A DNA stretch of 64,000 nucleotides from Spirochaetota bacterium. GTDB lineage: Bacteria > Spirochaetota > B62-G9 > DRHN01. Shown here in pieces: positions 48,152 to 57,134 of this stretch; position 1 is the stretch's first letter, and every line of letters begins with the position of its first letter. A program made the translations under genes and the position numbers. The DNA lies in NCBI GenBank assembly GCA_016934265.1, contig JAFGTF010000078.1, forward strand, positions 10,459-74,458, given 5' to 3'. The notes under the pieces are model-generated. The model was not told where the DNA came from. It searched no databases and saw only the letters and a program-made list of their open reading frames with translations.

Positions 48152-49747
48152 ATGTTCCGCAGGCTCCGCTCGGCGACTGTGAATGGCGTGTGCTCGTCCA
48201 TTATCGAGGTGGAAGTGGACTTAAAGAGGGGCCTGCCGCAGCAGACGATCGTCGGGCTTCCCGATCCGGCGATCAAGGAGGCGAAAGACAGGGTCAACTC
48301 TGCGATACGGAACTCCGGGTTCGAATTTCCCCTCGGCCGCCTCACCATAAATCTCGCCCCCGCGGACGAGAAGAAAGAGGGGTCGATATTCGATCTCGCA
48401 ATAGCGATCGGTGTGCTTTCCGTTTCCGGCCAGGTGGAAACGGACGGGGCACTCGATTCCTTCATTGTGCTCGGAGAGCTCTCGCTGGACGGCAGGGTAC
48501 GGCCGATACACGGACTTTTAGCCATCCTGGAAGCGGCGAATGAAAAGGGCGTTACCAGCGTTATCATACCCCAAGGAAACATGAAGGAGGCCGGTCTCAT
48601 ATCCGGTCTCGACGTATATCCCGTTCGAAGATTGAAGGATGCGATTGAAGTCCTCTACGGGACGAGGCCGCCTGAAAAAAGCGGGCCGGAGAATGTCAAA
48701 ACCGGGTGCCCTACCGCCTCCGACTACGAATATTCGAACGATCTTGCCGAAGTGAAAGGGCAGAGCTATGCGGTACGGGCGGTGGAGATAGCGGCTGCGG
48801 GCGGACACAACCTCCTGCTCATAGGGTCTCCCGGTTCCGGAAAGACGATGATCGCGTCGAGGATACCGACCATACTGCCGTTGATGACGGAAGAGGAGTC
48901 GATAGAGACGACGAAGATCTACAGCGTCGCAGGACTTTTAAAGCCTGAGACAGGGCTTATCAGAAAACGGCCGTTCCGTGCCCCTCACCACACCGCTTCG
49001 GCGGTTTCGATAATAGGCGGCGGGAAAAACCCCATACCCGGAGAGGTAACCCTGTCACACAACGGGATACTGTTTTTAGACGAGTTCCCGGAGTTCAAGA
49101 GTTCGATCATACAGTCGCTTCGCCAGCCCGTCGAGAGCGGCTCGATTGCAATCGCGAGGGCGGACTCCAGGCTCGTCTTTCCCGCCCGTTTCATGCTGGT
49201 CGCGTCGATGAATCCCTGCCCGTGCGGCTATCTGTTCGATACGGAGCGGCTGTGCCGCTGCAGCCCGGCCCAGATCAACAAGTACTATATGAAGCTTTCC
49301 GGCCCGATTCTCGACAGGATAGATATACAGGTCGCGGTCAAACCGCTGAAGGCGTTCGAGCTTGTGAAGAGCCAGGCATCCGCACGTTCGAAGGAGATAC
49401 GGGAACACGTGGTCCGTGCGCGGGAGTTTCAGATGAAACGGTCGGAGCAGAAAGGCGGTACGAAGCTGAACGCGAATATGGATACCGCGTCGCTCAAGCG
49501 GTACTGCACGCTGGACGGGGATATGGAATCGATCCTCTTCACGGCGATAAAGAAATACAGGCTCTCGGCCCGCAGTTACAACAAGGTGCTCCGGGTGGCG
49601 CGGACCATATCGGATCTCGATCTCCGGGACAGGATAAATAAACAGGACCTGCTCGAAGCGCTCTCCTACCGGGAGGTAGAGCACATTCTCTACAGCAGGC
49701 CGTACGACAGCCAGGGGTACGGATACGGCGCGCACGTGAAGAGGTGA
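48152..49747 (+). CDS. comM: YifB/ComM Mg-chelatase-like AAA+ ATPase
   Basis: VGLPD, NLAPAD, GELSLDG, GSPGSGKTM, PFRAPHH, LFLDEFPEF, NPCPCG. Confidence 0.93.
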   Translation: MFRRLRSATVNGVCSSIIEVEVDLKRGLPQQTIVGLPDPAIKEAKDRVNSAIRNSGFEFPLGRLTINLAPADEKKEGSIFDLAIAIGVLSVSGQVETDGALDSFIVLGELSLDGRVRPIHGLLAILEAANEKGVTSVIIPQGNMKEAGLISGLDVYPVRRLKDAIEVLYGTRPPEKSGPENVKTGCPTASDYEYSNDLAEVKGQSYAVRAVEIAAAGGHNLLLIGSPGSGKTMIASRIPTILPLMTEEESIETTKIYSVAGLLKPETGLIRKRPFRAPHHTASAVSIIGGGKNPIPGEVTLSHNGILFLDEFPEFKSSIIQSLRQPVESGSIAIARADSRLVFPARFMLVASMNPCPCGYLFDTERLCRCSPAQINKYYMKLSGPILDRIDIQVAVKPLKAFELVKSQASARSKEIREHVVRAREFQMKRSEQKGGTKLNANMDTASLKRYCTLDGDMESILFTAIKKYRLSARSYNKVLRVARTISDLDLRDRINKQDLLEALSYREVEHILYSRPYDSQGYGYGAHVKR

Positions 49748-49877
49748 AGAGTCGGGCCCATGCTGCTGCGAGCGGTGGATAGTTATTTGTGCCGGCGGCA
49801 TGGGTCGTGGACTGTTGTCGATTGCATTCCATTGTATTACAATAGTACCATGATAATGAAATACGGCGGGTGAATCG

Positions 49878-51119
49878 ATGCGAGAACGTGCGCTCTATGC
49901 AGAGGAGTATGTACGCCTGAAAAGCGCGTATACGCATGAAAAGGCGAGTATCACGCTCGAGGGGGATGCGGAGATAGTCAACATCCGTTTCGAATCAAAG
50001 GCCTCTTCTTTTTTGCCGGGAGCAGAGGAGTACCGGTGCGATAATCACAACCGCTATTTCGTGGCCCAGATGGAGATGAACAGGGAGTTTTTCGTACCGC
50101 CCCTGAACGAGATTCTGCACGTACTCGACTCCGAGATAGAGGAAAACCGTGTGTTTTCCTACCCGGTGTTCAAAAAACGGTCGAAAACGAAAGCGAACGG
50201 CGTGATTGTTCTCGTGCACGGGCTGAACGAAAGATCCTGGGACAAATACCTGCCCTGGGCGAAACGGCTTCTGGAGCGCTCCGGCAGGGCGGTGTTGCTG
50301 TTTCCCATCGCCTTTCACATGAACCGCGCGCCGTTGAAATGGAGCGACCGGCGACTCATGAGCATGGTGTCGAAGGAGAGAAAAAAGATCTTTCCCACAG
50401 TGACGGCTTCCACCCTTGCGAACGCGGCGGTATCAACGAGGCTTCAGCTCTGTCCCCCCCGTTTTTTCTGGTCGGGCCTGCAATCGTACTTCGACGTCAT
50501 ACGGATCGTGAAACAGGTGCAAGACGGCCTGCATCCCTGTATCGAAAGAGACGCGACTGTCGATTTTTTCGGGTATTCCATAGGAGCCTTTCTGACCCAG
50601 CTCATACTCATGGCGGACCTCGACCGGATGCTTCCGGATTCACGGCTTTTCATTTTTTGCGGCGGCCCGACGGTGAACCGGATGTCTCCCGTGTCCCGCT
50701 ATATTCTCGACAGTGAGGCGAATATCGCCCTGTATTCCTATTTCATCGAAAATTTCGAGGAGGAGCTCAAGAGAGACGCCCGGATGCGCGAATTCTTCAA
50801 TGACGCGACGCCGGAGGGCCGGTATTTCAGGGCGATGCTCGACTACCACAAGATGGCGGGCCTGCGGGAATCGCGGTTTCATGCTCTTTCCGGGCGTATC
50901 ATGGCGGTCGGTCTCGAGAAGGACGACGTCATCCCCAAGTACGAGATCGAGAACACCCTGAGAGGAAGGAACCGGGATATACCGATCAGGATCGAGACTG
51001 TTGATTTCCCGTATCGATATACGCATGAAAATCCCTTTCCCGCGGGAAGAAGGCACGCAAAGGCGGTGGATGAAAGCTTTACCGAGGTATTGGATCTCGC
51101 GGCCGATTTCCTCCGATAG
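49878..51119 (+). CDS. Alpha/beta hydrolase-like protein (DUF6051-like)
   Basis: VHGLNERSWDKY, FPIAFHMNRAP, GYSIG nucleophile elbow, YTHENPFP. Confidence 0.65.
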   Translation: MRERALYAEEYVRLKSAYTHEKASITLEGDAEIVNIRFESKASSFLPGAEEYRCDNHNRYFVAQMEMNREFFVPPLNEILHVLDSEIEENRVFSYPVFKKRSKTKANGVIVLVHGLNERSWDKYLPWAKRLLERSGRAVLLFPIAFHMNRAPLKWSDRRLMSMVSKERKKIFPTVTASTLANAAVSTRLQLCPPRFFWSGLQSYFDVIRIVKQVQDGLHPCIERDATVDFFGYSIGAFLTQLILMADLDRMLPDSRLFIFCGGPTVNRMSPVSRYILDSEANIALYSYFIENFEEELKRDARMREFFNDATPEGRYFRAMLDYHKMAGLRESRFHALSGRIMAVGLEKDDVIPKYEIENTLRGRNRDIPIRIETVDFPYRYTHENPFPAGRRHAKAVDESFTEVLDLAADFLR

Positions 51120-51208
51120 CGAAAAGCTTGCGCGGCAAAAGGGGGGCGTGGGGAGCGTTACGTAACGGATATCGAAAAATCTATGGAAAACCGGGTAAAG
51201 GAACGGGT

Positions 51209-51820
51209 ATGCCGGAAAGGCGAATCGAGTATATATCGGTACGAATGCATCACCCCGCGATCCGGGAGGCGCCGGTATTTACGCTTCCCGAAGGGTTTTT
51301 CTCACGTAACTACCGGCCCGGCGACGAGGCGGAGTGGGCGGGTATAGAGACTTCGGCGGGTGAGTTCGATTCAAGGGACGAGGCGCGCTCTCATTTCGAT
51401 AACGAGTTCGCAGGCCGCGAGGACGAGCTTGGAGAACGCTGTTACTTTATCGGGTGCGGCGCTCGGACGATGAAAGATCGCGCGATCGCCGATCGGCCGA
51501 TCGGCACGGCCATGGGCTGGTACGGCGACTGCGACGGGAGCGGCGTCACTGGACGCATCCACTGGGTGGGCATACGTCCCGAGTTTCAGGGGAGGGGGCT
51601 TGGCAGGCCGCTCGTGAGCCTTGCGGTCGAATGCCTGAAGCGCTTTCATAAGACTGCGTATCTTCTGACCCAGACCACGAGCTTCAGAGGGGTGCGGATC
51701 TACCTCGATTTCGGATTTATACCGGTCATAACGGATGAGGAAAGCAAAAAAGGCTGGCGGATACTCGCGGGGATTTTAAAGTATCCCCCGCTCGAGAAAT
51801 ACCTGCAGAATACGACGTGA
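51209..51820 (+). CDS. GNAT family N-acetyltransferase
   Basis: HWVGIRPEFQGRGLG, IYLDFGF. Confidence 0.85.
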   Translation: MPERRIEYISVRMHHPAIREAPVFTLPEGFFSRNYRPGDEAEWAGIETSAGEFDSRDEARSHFDNEFAGREDELGERCYFIGCGARTMKDRAIADRPIGTAMGWYGDCDGSGVTGRIHWVGIRPEFQGRGLGRPLVSLAVECLKRFHKTAYLLTQTTSFRGVRIYLDFGFIPVITDEESKKGWRILAGILKYPPLEKYLQNTT

Positions 51821-51832
51821 TAGGAGAAATGA

Positions 51833-52333
51833 ATGGACGCGATCTACAAAAGACGGAGCATACGGCGGTTTAAAAGCGGGCCGGTGGACGAGAAGACGCT
51901 GGTTTCGTTCGTAAAGGCGGGGATGAACGCGCCCTCAGCGGGGAACCAGCGGCTGTGGCGGTTCGTGATCATCACGGAGCGCTCGATACTCGACGAAATA
52001 CCGTCTGTTCATCCGTATTCCTCGATGCTGAAGGAGGCGCCCGCCGCGATACTCGTATGCGGCGACATGGATCTCGAGGAGCGCGAGGGGTATTGGGTGC
52101 AGGACTGCGCAGCGGCCACCCAGAACATCCTTCTCGAGATCGCGGACAGGGGGTACGGCGGTTGCTGGCTCGGTGTCTATCCGAGGGAAGACCGGGTCGA
52201 AGGGTTGAGAAGGCTTCTGAATATACCCGGCCATATAATTCCGCTCTCCCTCATCGCTGTCGGGATCCCTGCGGAAAAGAAGCCTCCGAAGAACGAGTTC
52301 GACAAAAGCAGGATCACCTTCAACCGCTGGTAA
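51833..52333 (+). CDS. Nitroreductase family protein
   Basis: RRSIRRF, APSAGN, QDCAAATQNILL, GGCWLG. Confidence 0.9.
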   Translation: MDAIYKRRSIRRFKSGPVDEKTLVSFVKAGMNAPSAGNQRLWRFVIITERSILDEIPSVHPYSSMLKEAPAAILVCGDMDLEEREGYWVQDCAAATQNILLEIADRGYGGCWLGVYPREDRVEGLRRLLNIPGHIIPLSLIAVGIPAEKKPPKNEFDKSRITFNRW

Positions 52334-52753
52334 GGGCTATAGAAAGGGAGACGTGAGTAGGGAGAGATAATCATACGTAATCGTGTAATATTCAGAATAT
52401 ACGTTTAGGTTTCAGGATATAAATATTTTAAAATCGCAATGAGAGGTTTAATCTTTTATTAACCCGAGAGGAAATAAGATGGCTTTGTAAGATAATTAAG
52501 AGGGTTATGTTGATAAAATAGAATATTAATCCTTTACATAACTTTTTGTTTCGCTATCATTGAATAGTAGATAGGGGATTTAATAAACAGTTAAGGAGGC
52601 TTAATGAGAGTGGCGGTTTTTACCTAACGAGGAAGGTTCATATAAGATAATGTTGTAATTTTTTGATTATTGAGGGTTAATGTGTTGAACTTATCTGATA
52701 TGATAATATTCATACCCTGTTATTTACAATAAGAATTAATCCAGAGAAGCAGA

Positions 52754-53719
52754 ATGAAACCCGAGACTAAACCATTATTCAATCAAAAACGGAATATTGT
52801 TGAACAATTCAGCCTCTCCGAATCAATAGTCGTATACCCCGACGACTGTCTTGATATGCTAAAAAATATCCCCGATGAATCGATCCAACTAATCGTTACA
52901 TCACCTCCATATAATATTGGCAAAGAGTACGAGAAGAAGTTACATCTCGAATTGTATATCCAACAACAAGCCCAGGTAATTACCGAATGTGTACGGACAT
53001 TGTCTCCTAAAGGTAGTATATGCTGGCAAGTCGGTAACTATGTTGACAGAGGGGCAATCATACCTTTGGATACAGCTCTATATCCTATCTTCACGAATTT
53101 GCACCTTAGTATGAGGAATCGTATTATCTGGCATTTTGAACACGGGCTACATTGTAGTCGTCGCTTCTCTGGGCGCTACGAAACGATTATATGGTTCACC
53201 AAGTCAGATGAGTATGTTTTTAATCTGGATGCAGTACGAGTTCCTCAAAAATATCCCGGAAAAAAATATTTTAAAGGTCCCAAGGTTGGCCAATATTCAT
53301 GTAACCCACTTGGTAAGAATCCTGGGGATATGTGGGTAATCCCAAATGTCAAGAGCAATCATATTGAGAAGACAGAACATCCTTGCCAATTTCCTGTTGA
53401 ATTAATTGAACGCTTGGTACTTTCACTTACAAATGAGGGGGATTGGGTGATTGATCCTTTCTTGGGAACCGGGACATCGATAATTGCTGCCATTCGTCAT
53501 GGTAGGCGAGGCGCTGGTGCAGAAACTGTTTCAAAGTATATTAATATAGCGAAGCGGAGGATTAATCAGGAAATTGAAGGAACATTGAGGACCCGCCCAA
53601 TGGACAGACCGGTTTTTAATCCCATAAGTTCTGGAAATAGCCTGACTTTTTGTCCATGGGAAAAGAACAATGAACAGAATAAATTATTTGAGAAAAACCA
53701 GAAATATAAAAAAGAATAA
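52754..53719 (+). CDS. Beta-class amino DNA methyltransferase (probably N4-cytosine, M.BstYI-like)
   Basis: TSPPY (motif IV) precedes HPCQFP and DPFLGTG (motif I); 4 nt upstream of the endonuclease gene; AT-rich. Confidence 0.9.
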   Translation: MKPETKPLFNQKRNIVEQFSLSESIVVYPDDCLDMLKNIPDESIQLIVTSPPYNIGKEYEKKLHLELYIQQQAQVITECVRTLSPKGSICWQVGNYVDRGAIIPLDTALYPIFTNLHLSMRNRIIWHFEHGLHCSRRFSGRYETIIWFTKSDEYVFNLDAVRVPQKYPGKKYFKGPKVGQYSCNPLGKNPGDMWVIPNVKSNHIEKTEHPCQFPVELIERLVLSLTNEGDWVIDPFLGTGTSIIAAIRHGRRGAGAETVSKYINIAKRRINQEIEGTLRTRPMDRPVFNPISSGNSLTFCPWEKNNEQNKLFEKNQKYKKE

Positions 53720-53723
53720 ATCT

Positions 53724-54335
53724 ATGAAAATTACAGAAATATATTCACATTTAAATGGGCTTGAATTTTTAATCGTTCATAAGGAAACTCTTTGGAAGGA
53801 GATACAATCTGTTATTAAGGATGTTAATGCAAACCGATGTAGAACTAAGGTTTCTAAAGAAAAGACAATGAAAGGAAAGTTACTATATAGCCCGGTAGAT
53901 ATGAACGCGGCTTTCAAAAAGCTGCTTCGAGAAAAATCATGGGATGAAAGCCGGGTCAGCTATTGGGTTACGAGAAGCGAAAAATTGATCCGAAAGACAC
54001 TTACGATGTCGGCAGAAGAGCAGAAGAGAGAGATAGAATCAGCAGGTGAGATACCGATCTTCAGTTACAATCAAACAGACTTTGTCAAGGATAGAGTGGC
54101 TGTTGAGGTGCAATTCGGTAAATATTCGTTCGTCGCTTATGATCTTTTTGTTAAACATCTTGCTTTCTATGTGGGTGATCGTATTGATGTTGGGGTCGAG
54201 ATTCTTCCGATGAAGTCACTACAAAGCCAGATGAGTTCAGGTGTCCCATATTTTGAGGGGGAATTTTATAATGTTGTTCGTCAGGGGAGAGGGGTGCCGG
54301 CAGTTCCTCTCGTGCTTATAGGTATAGAATCATAA
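53724..54335 (+). CDS. BglII/BstYI-family type II restriction endonuclease
   Basis: 203 aa from ATG 53724; YSHLNGLE, NQTDFVKDRVAVEVQFGKY (D...E-x-Q active site), RQGRGVPAVPLVLIGI. Closely resembles BstYI as recalled from memory. Confidence 0.88.
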   Translation: MKITEIYSHLNGLEFLIVHKETLWKEIQSVIKDVNANRCRTKVSKEKTMKGKLLYSPVDMNAAFKKLLREKSWDESRVSYWVTRSEKLIRKTLTMSAEEQKREIESAGEIPIFSYNQTDFVKDRVAVEVQFGKYSFVAYDLFVKHLAFYVGDRIDVGVEILPMKSLQSQMSSGVPYFEGEFYNVVRQGRGVPAVPLVLIGIES

Positions 54336-54726
54336 GAGTTTAATATATAAATCGGTGCTTGGTTTTACCTGTTGAATTCAGCGAATAAAGGAGGAAGGAA
54401 GCAGCAGTGTTTTGGTAAGAGTGCGTAGTAACGTGGAAGCCTCGTGATACAATCATTTCGTTTCGGCCCGAGGGTTCCTGAAGTCGCCGCCACTGGTCCA
54501 AGATACCTGCTTCCGATCGACCCGCGCGTCTTTTCGCATGCGCTTTTGCTTCCTGCAGCCCGGTTTCATCTCCATCAAAGGAATCGGCCGATCTGAGGAA
54601 TCGGCCGATGGAAGAGTCCTGTATGGTGGGAAAGAAGACTGTCTTCGGGCCTATGCTTTTGACACGGCACAGGAGAAAAAACCGGGCATGCCGCAGGGCC
54701 CGGTTTCCAGGCGCACTCATCCTGAC

Positions 54727-55095
54727 TCACTCGCGAAACCACTCTTTGGCCTCGCCCAGCGATCCGAATACCTTCGTCTCGAAGGAACTCTTGGTCAATT
54801 CGGTTACCGTCTCGAACATTTGCGAGAAGCTGTACTCGAGGTAGGCGGGAGCTATTATCGCCGTTTTGCCGCCCCCCCTGCGGGCCCGCTGCTTGTCCCA
54901 GATATCGACGAGCCTCTTCACCGTCCCGGGCGAAAGGTTGATCATCTGCGCGAAAGAGAAATCCCATATAACATACGGCGTATGCACACCGCCGAAGAAC
55001 GATTGCGCGGTCTCCAGCAACTCTTCCGTCGATATGTCCCCGAAGCATTCCTGGATCGTATAGTTCTTCTTCGGAAAAATTATTGTCTCAATCAT
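54727..55095 (-). CDS. STAS/SpoIIAA-like small protein, paralog 3
   Basis: 122 aa from ATG 55095; IWDFSFA, GGKTAIIAP..LEY, KVFGSLGEAKEWF. Confidence 0.7.
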   Translation of the reverse strand: MIETIIFPKKNYTIQECFGDISTEELLETAQSFFGGVHTPYVIWDFSFAQMINLSPGTVKRLVDIWDKQRARRGGGKTAIIAPAYLEYSFSQMFETVTELTKSSFETKVFGSLGEAKEWFRE

Positions 55096-55295
55096 CGATC
55101 GGCCGATCCTGTTTATTCCGTAGCCCGAAAAACGCACCGAATTCTCTGTGCCCCCGGGCGTATCCGGCCGGTTCGCGAGGCTTTATGAAGATGTGAAATA
55201 GTGCGCGGCCGCCCCTGCAATTACGGCGTTACGCCCGCATCTCTGTATCTATTCTAACGCAGTGAACGGAAGAACGCAAATATATTATGAAATAA

Positions 55296-55670
55296 TCACT
55301 CCTTTGAAAACAGCCACTGCCCGGCTTCTTCCGGTGTCCTGAACACCTTTGTTTCGTAGGGGAGCCCGCCTATACCGGCCCATGTCTGAATCATTCGGCC
55401 CAAGCCGTACTCGAGGTCCAACGGCGCTACAATCGCCGTTTTTCCGCCCTTTCTTTTGTTTCCGAGCGTGCGTATTGTCTCATAGATACGTCTCAACGCA
55501 TCCGTTGAAATATTTGTGGCCGAAAAACCGTCAAGCTGCCAAAGTGTGAATTTTGTAGGAGATTCTTTATAGAAAGAACGTATCGCCTCCAGGCACTCCT
55601 GTTCCGTCAAGGCACTGGAGCATTTGAAGACGGTCAGATCGTTTCGGTTGTCTACGACTTTTTCAACCAT
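55296..55670 (-). CDS. STAS/SpoIIAA-like small protein, paralog 2
   Basis: GGKTAIVAPLDLEYGLGRM, KVFRTPEEAGQWL. Confidence 0.75.
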   Translation of the reverse strand: MVEKVVDNRNDLTVFKCSSALTEQECLEAIRSFYKESPTKFTLWQLDGFSATNISTDALRRIYETIRTLGNKRKGGKTAIVAPLDLEYGLGRMIQTWAGIGGLPYETKVFRTPEEAGQWLFSKE

Positions 55671-55700
55671 TGATGTGCCGTTTGACTTCTTATATTTATC

Positions 55701-56072
55701 TCACTGCGACAGAAGCCACAGCCGGGCTTCGTCGGTTGATCTAAACACCCTGAACTCGAATGGAATTTGCGTCAAATCGGTCATGGTTTGAAATATACGT
55801 ATCATCCCGTATTCGAGATCCGTCGGCGCCGCTACCGCGGTTTTTCCCCCCTCCCGTACGGATCCTATTTTCTTTACCACCGAAACGAACCGGTGCACGG
55901 CTTCTGTAGGTATGTTTTTCACGGAAGCGTCTACAAAGTCCCATAAGTTGTGTTTCGTGGGGGGGTGGTGATAAAGCGACTGCAAATTATCGAGAAGCTC
56001 CTGCTCCGTCAAATCGCCTGAGCAGGTGATTATTGTCAGATCGTTTTCATTGTCGTGCGTTATAGTAACCAT
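55701..56072 (-). CDS. STAS/SpoIIAA-like small protein, paralog 1
   Basis: LWDFVDA, GGKTAVAAPTDLEYGMIRI, RVFRSTDEARLWL. Confidence 0.75.
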   Translation of the reverse strand: MVTITHDNENDLTIITCSGDLTEQELLDNLQSLYHHPPTKHNLWDFVDASVKNIPTEAVHRFVSVVKKIGSVREGGKTAVAAPTDLEYGMIRIFQTMTDLTQIPFEFRVFRSTDEARLWLLSQ

Positions 56073-56391
56073 TGACGGGCCTTTTTTAAAGCAGAGCGTT
56101 TACGGTCGTCCCTGCAATAGCTGCAGCTCTGTTTACGAGTCTTTTTACCTCATATCAGGATACTATTCAGTTTCCCGAATCGTCTTTTTTATGAGTTTCT
56201 ATCCTTTTTTTATATTTTAGCGTAAAAATGAGAAAAAACAATATGAAATACTGTGAAGACAGATCTTACACCGAACGCCCCGGATCCGGTAACCGACTAT
56301 TAGACTCCGGGAATAGGTGAGCGTAATGAATTCTCGGATCATGGAGACTGGCGGGTGATACTGATATAAATAAAACAAAATAATAAATCAC

Positions 56392-56420
56392 TTGAATAAA
56401 ATAAATAAATGATACATAAT
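56392..56420 (+). promoter_or_regulatory. Probable promoter of the T2SS-like cluster
   Basis: TTGAAT, 17 nt spacer, CATAAT, with A-tracts upstream (UP-element-like). Confidence 0.5.
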
Positions 56421-56616
56421 AGATAATCTATAGGGCCTGCTATCGCCGATTCCTTCCAGGCAGGGTGGTGCAATAATCGGCTTTATCGACATTACCATAC
56501 ATATAGTGCTTGTACGTACGTGGAAGAAAGAAGTAGTTGATATCGAACAATCCCCTGTGAAGAAGGGCGTTTCAGTGTGCCGTTGTTGTTTCTATCCAAA
56601 TCAGTACGAATAGAAG

Positions 56617-57105
56617 ATGGAGAGACTGTTTTTAACAGGAAAGTGGATCGATCTTTCGATTCTTTTGTCCTTCCTATGTCCGATTACAATAATAGATATT
56701 AAAGAAAGAACGGTACCGGACGAACTCACTTTCATGGGGTTGATAATATTTTTCACCAAAGCAGTTTTTCATAATACCGTACCGGTTCTTATCTTACCGG
56801 TCAGAAGCATGGTGGGTTTCATGTTTGTGTTTATGCTCTTTTTATTAAAAAAAGGCGGTATCGGGCTCGGAGATGCAAAGCTTTGCGCCCTCCTGTCACT
56901 CGTGTTGGGATTCGACGGTTTTATGATAGTGCTATTTACCGCATCGTGTACCGGTATCGCATACATGCTTCTGATGCTCGGGCTGAAAAGAAAGCCTTTG
57001 AACCGTTCGATACCGTTTGCTCCGTTTCTGTCTATAGGGGGCATAACCGCCTATATTATGCAGGATACGTTTCGAAACCTTTTAGACCGCATACCGTTCT
57101 GGTAG
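56617..57105 (+). CDS. Prepilin peptidase (A24 domain only)
   Basis: IDIKERTVPD, GIGLGDAKL, IPFAPFL; no N-terminal Cys-pair domain. Confidence 0.85.
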   Translation: MERLFLTGKWIDLSILLSFLCPITIIDIKERTVPDELTFMGLIIFFTKAVFHNTVPVLILPVRSMVGFMFVFMLFLLKKGGIGLGDAKLCALLSLVLGFDGFMIVLFTASCTGIAYMLLMLGLKRKPLNRSIPFAPFLSIGGITAYIMQDTFRNLLDRIPFW

Positions 57106-57134
57106 GCGCATTCAACGGTTGAAAGAAGGCTGCG

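Noticed and set aside
51476..51503. Four GATC sites in 27 bp inside the GNAT gene
   Set aside because: CGATCG/TCGA words are common throughout the window; none of these is RGATCY and they lie in coding sequence.
54580..54610. Duplicated GGAATCGGCCGAT
   Set aside because: Only two copies and no associated feature.
54538..55188. 216-aa plus-strand ORF
   Set aside because: Overlaps the minus-strand STAS-like paralog, which is supported by similarity to its two neighbours.
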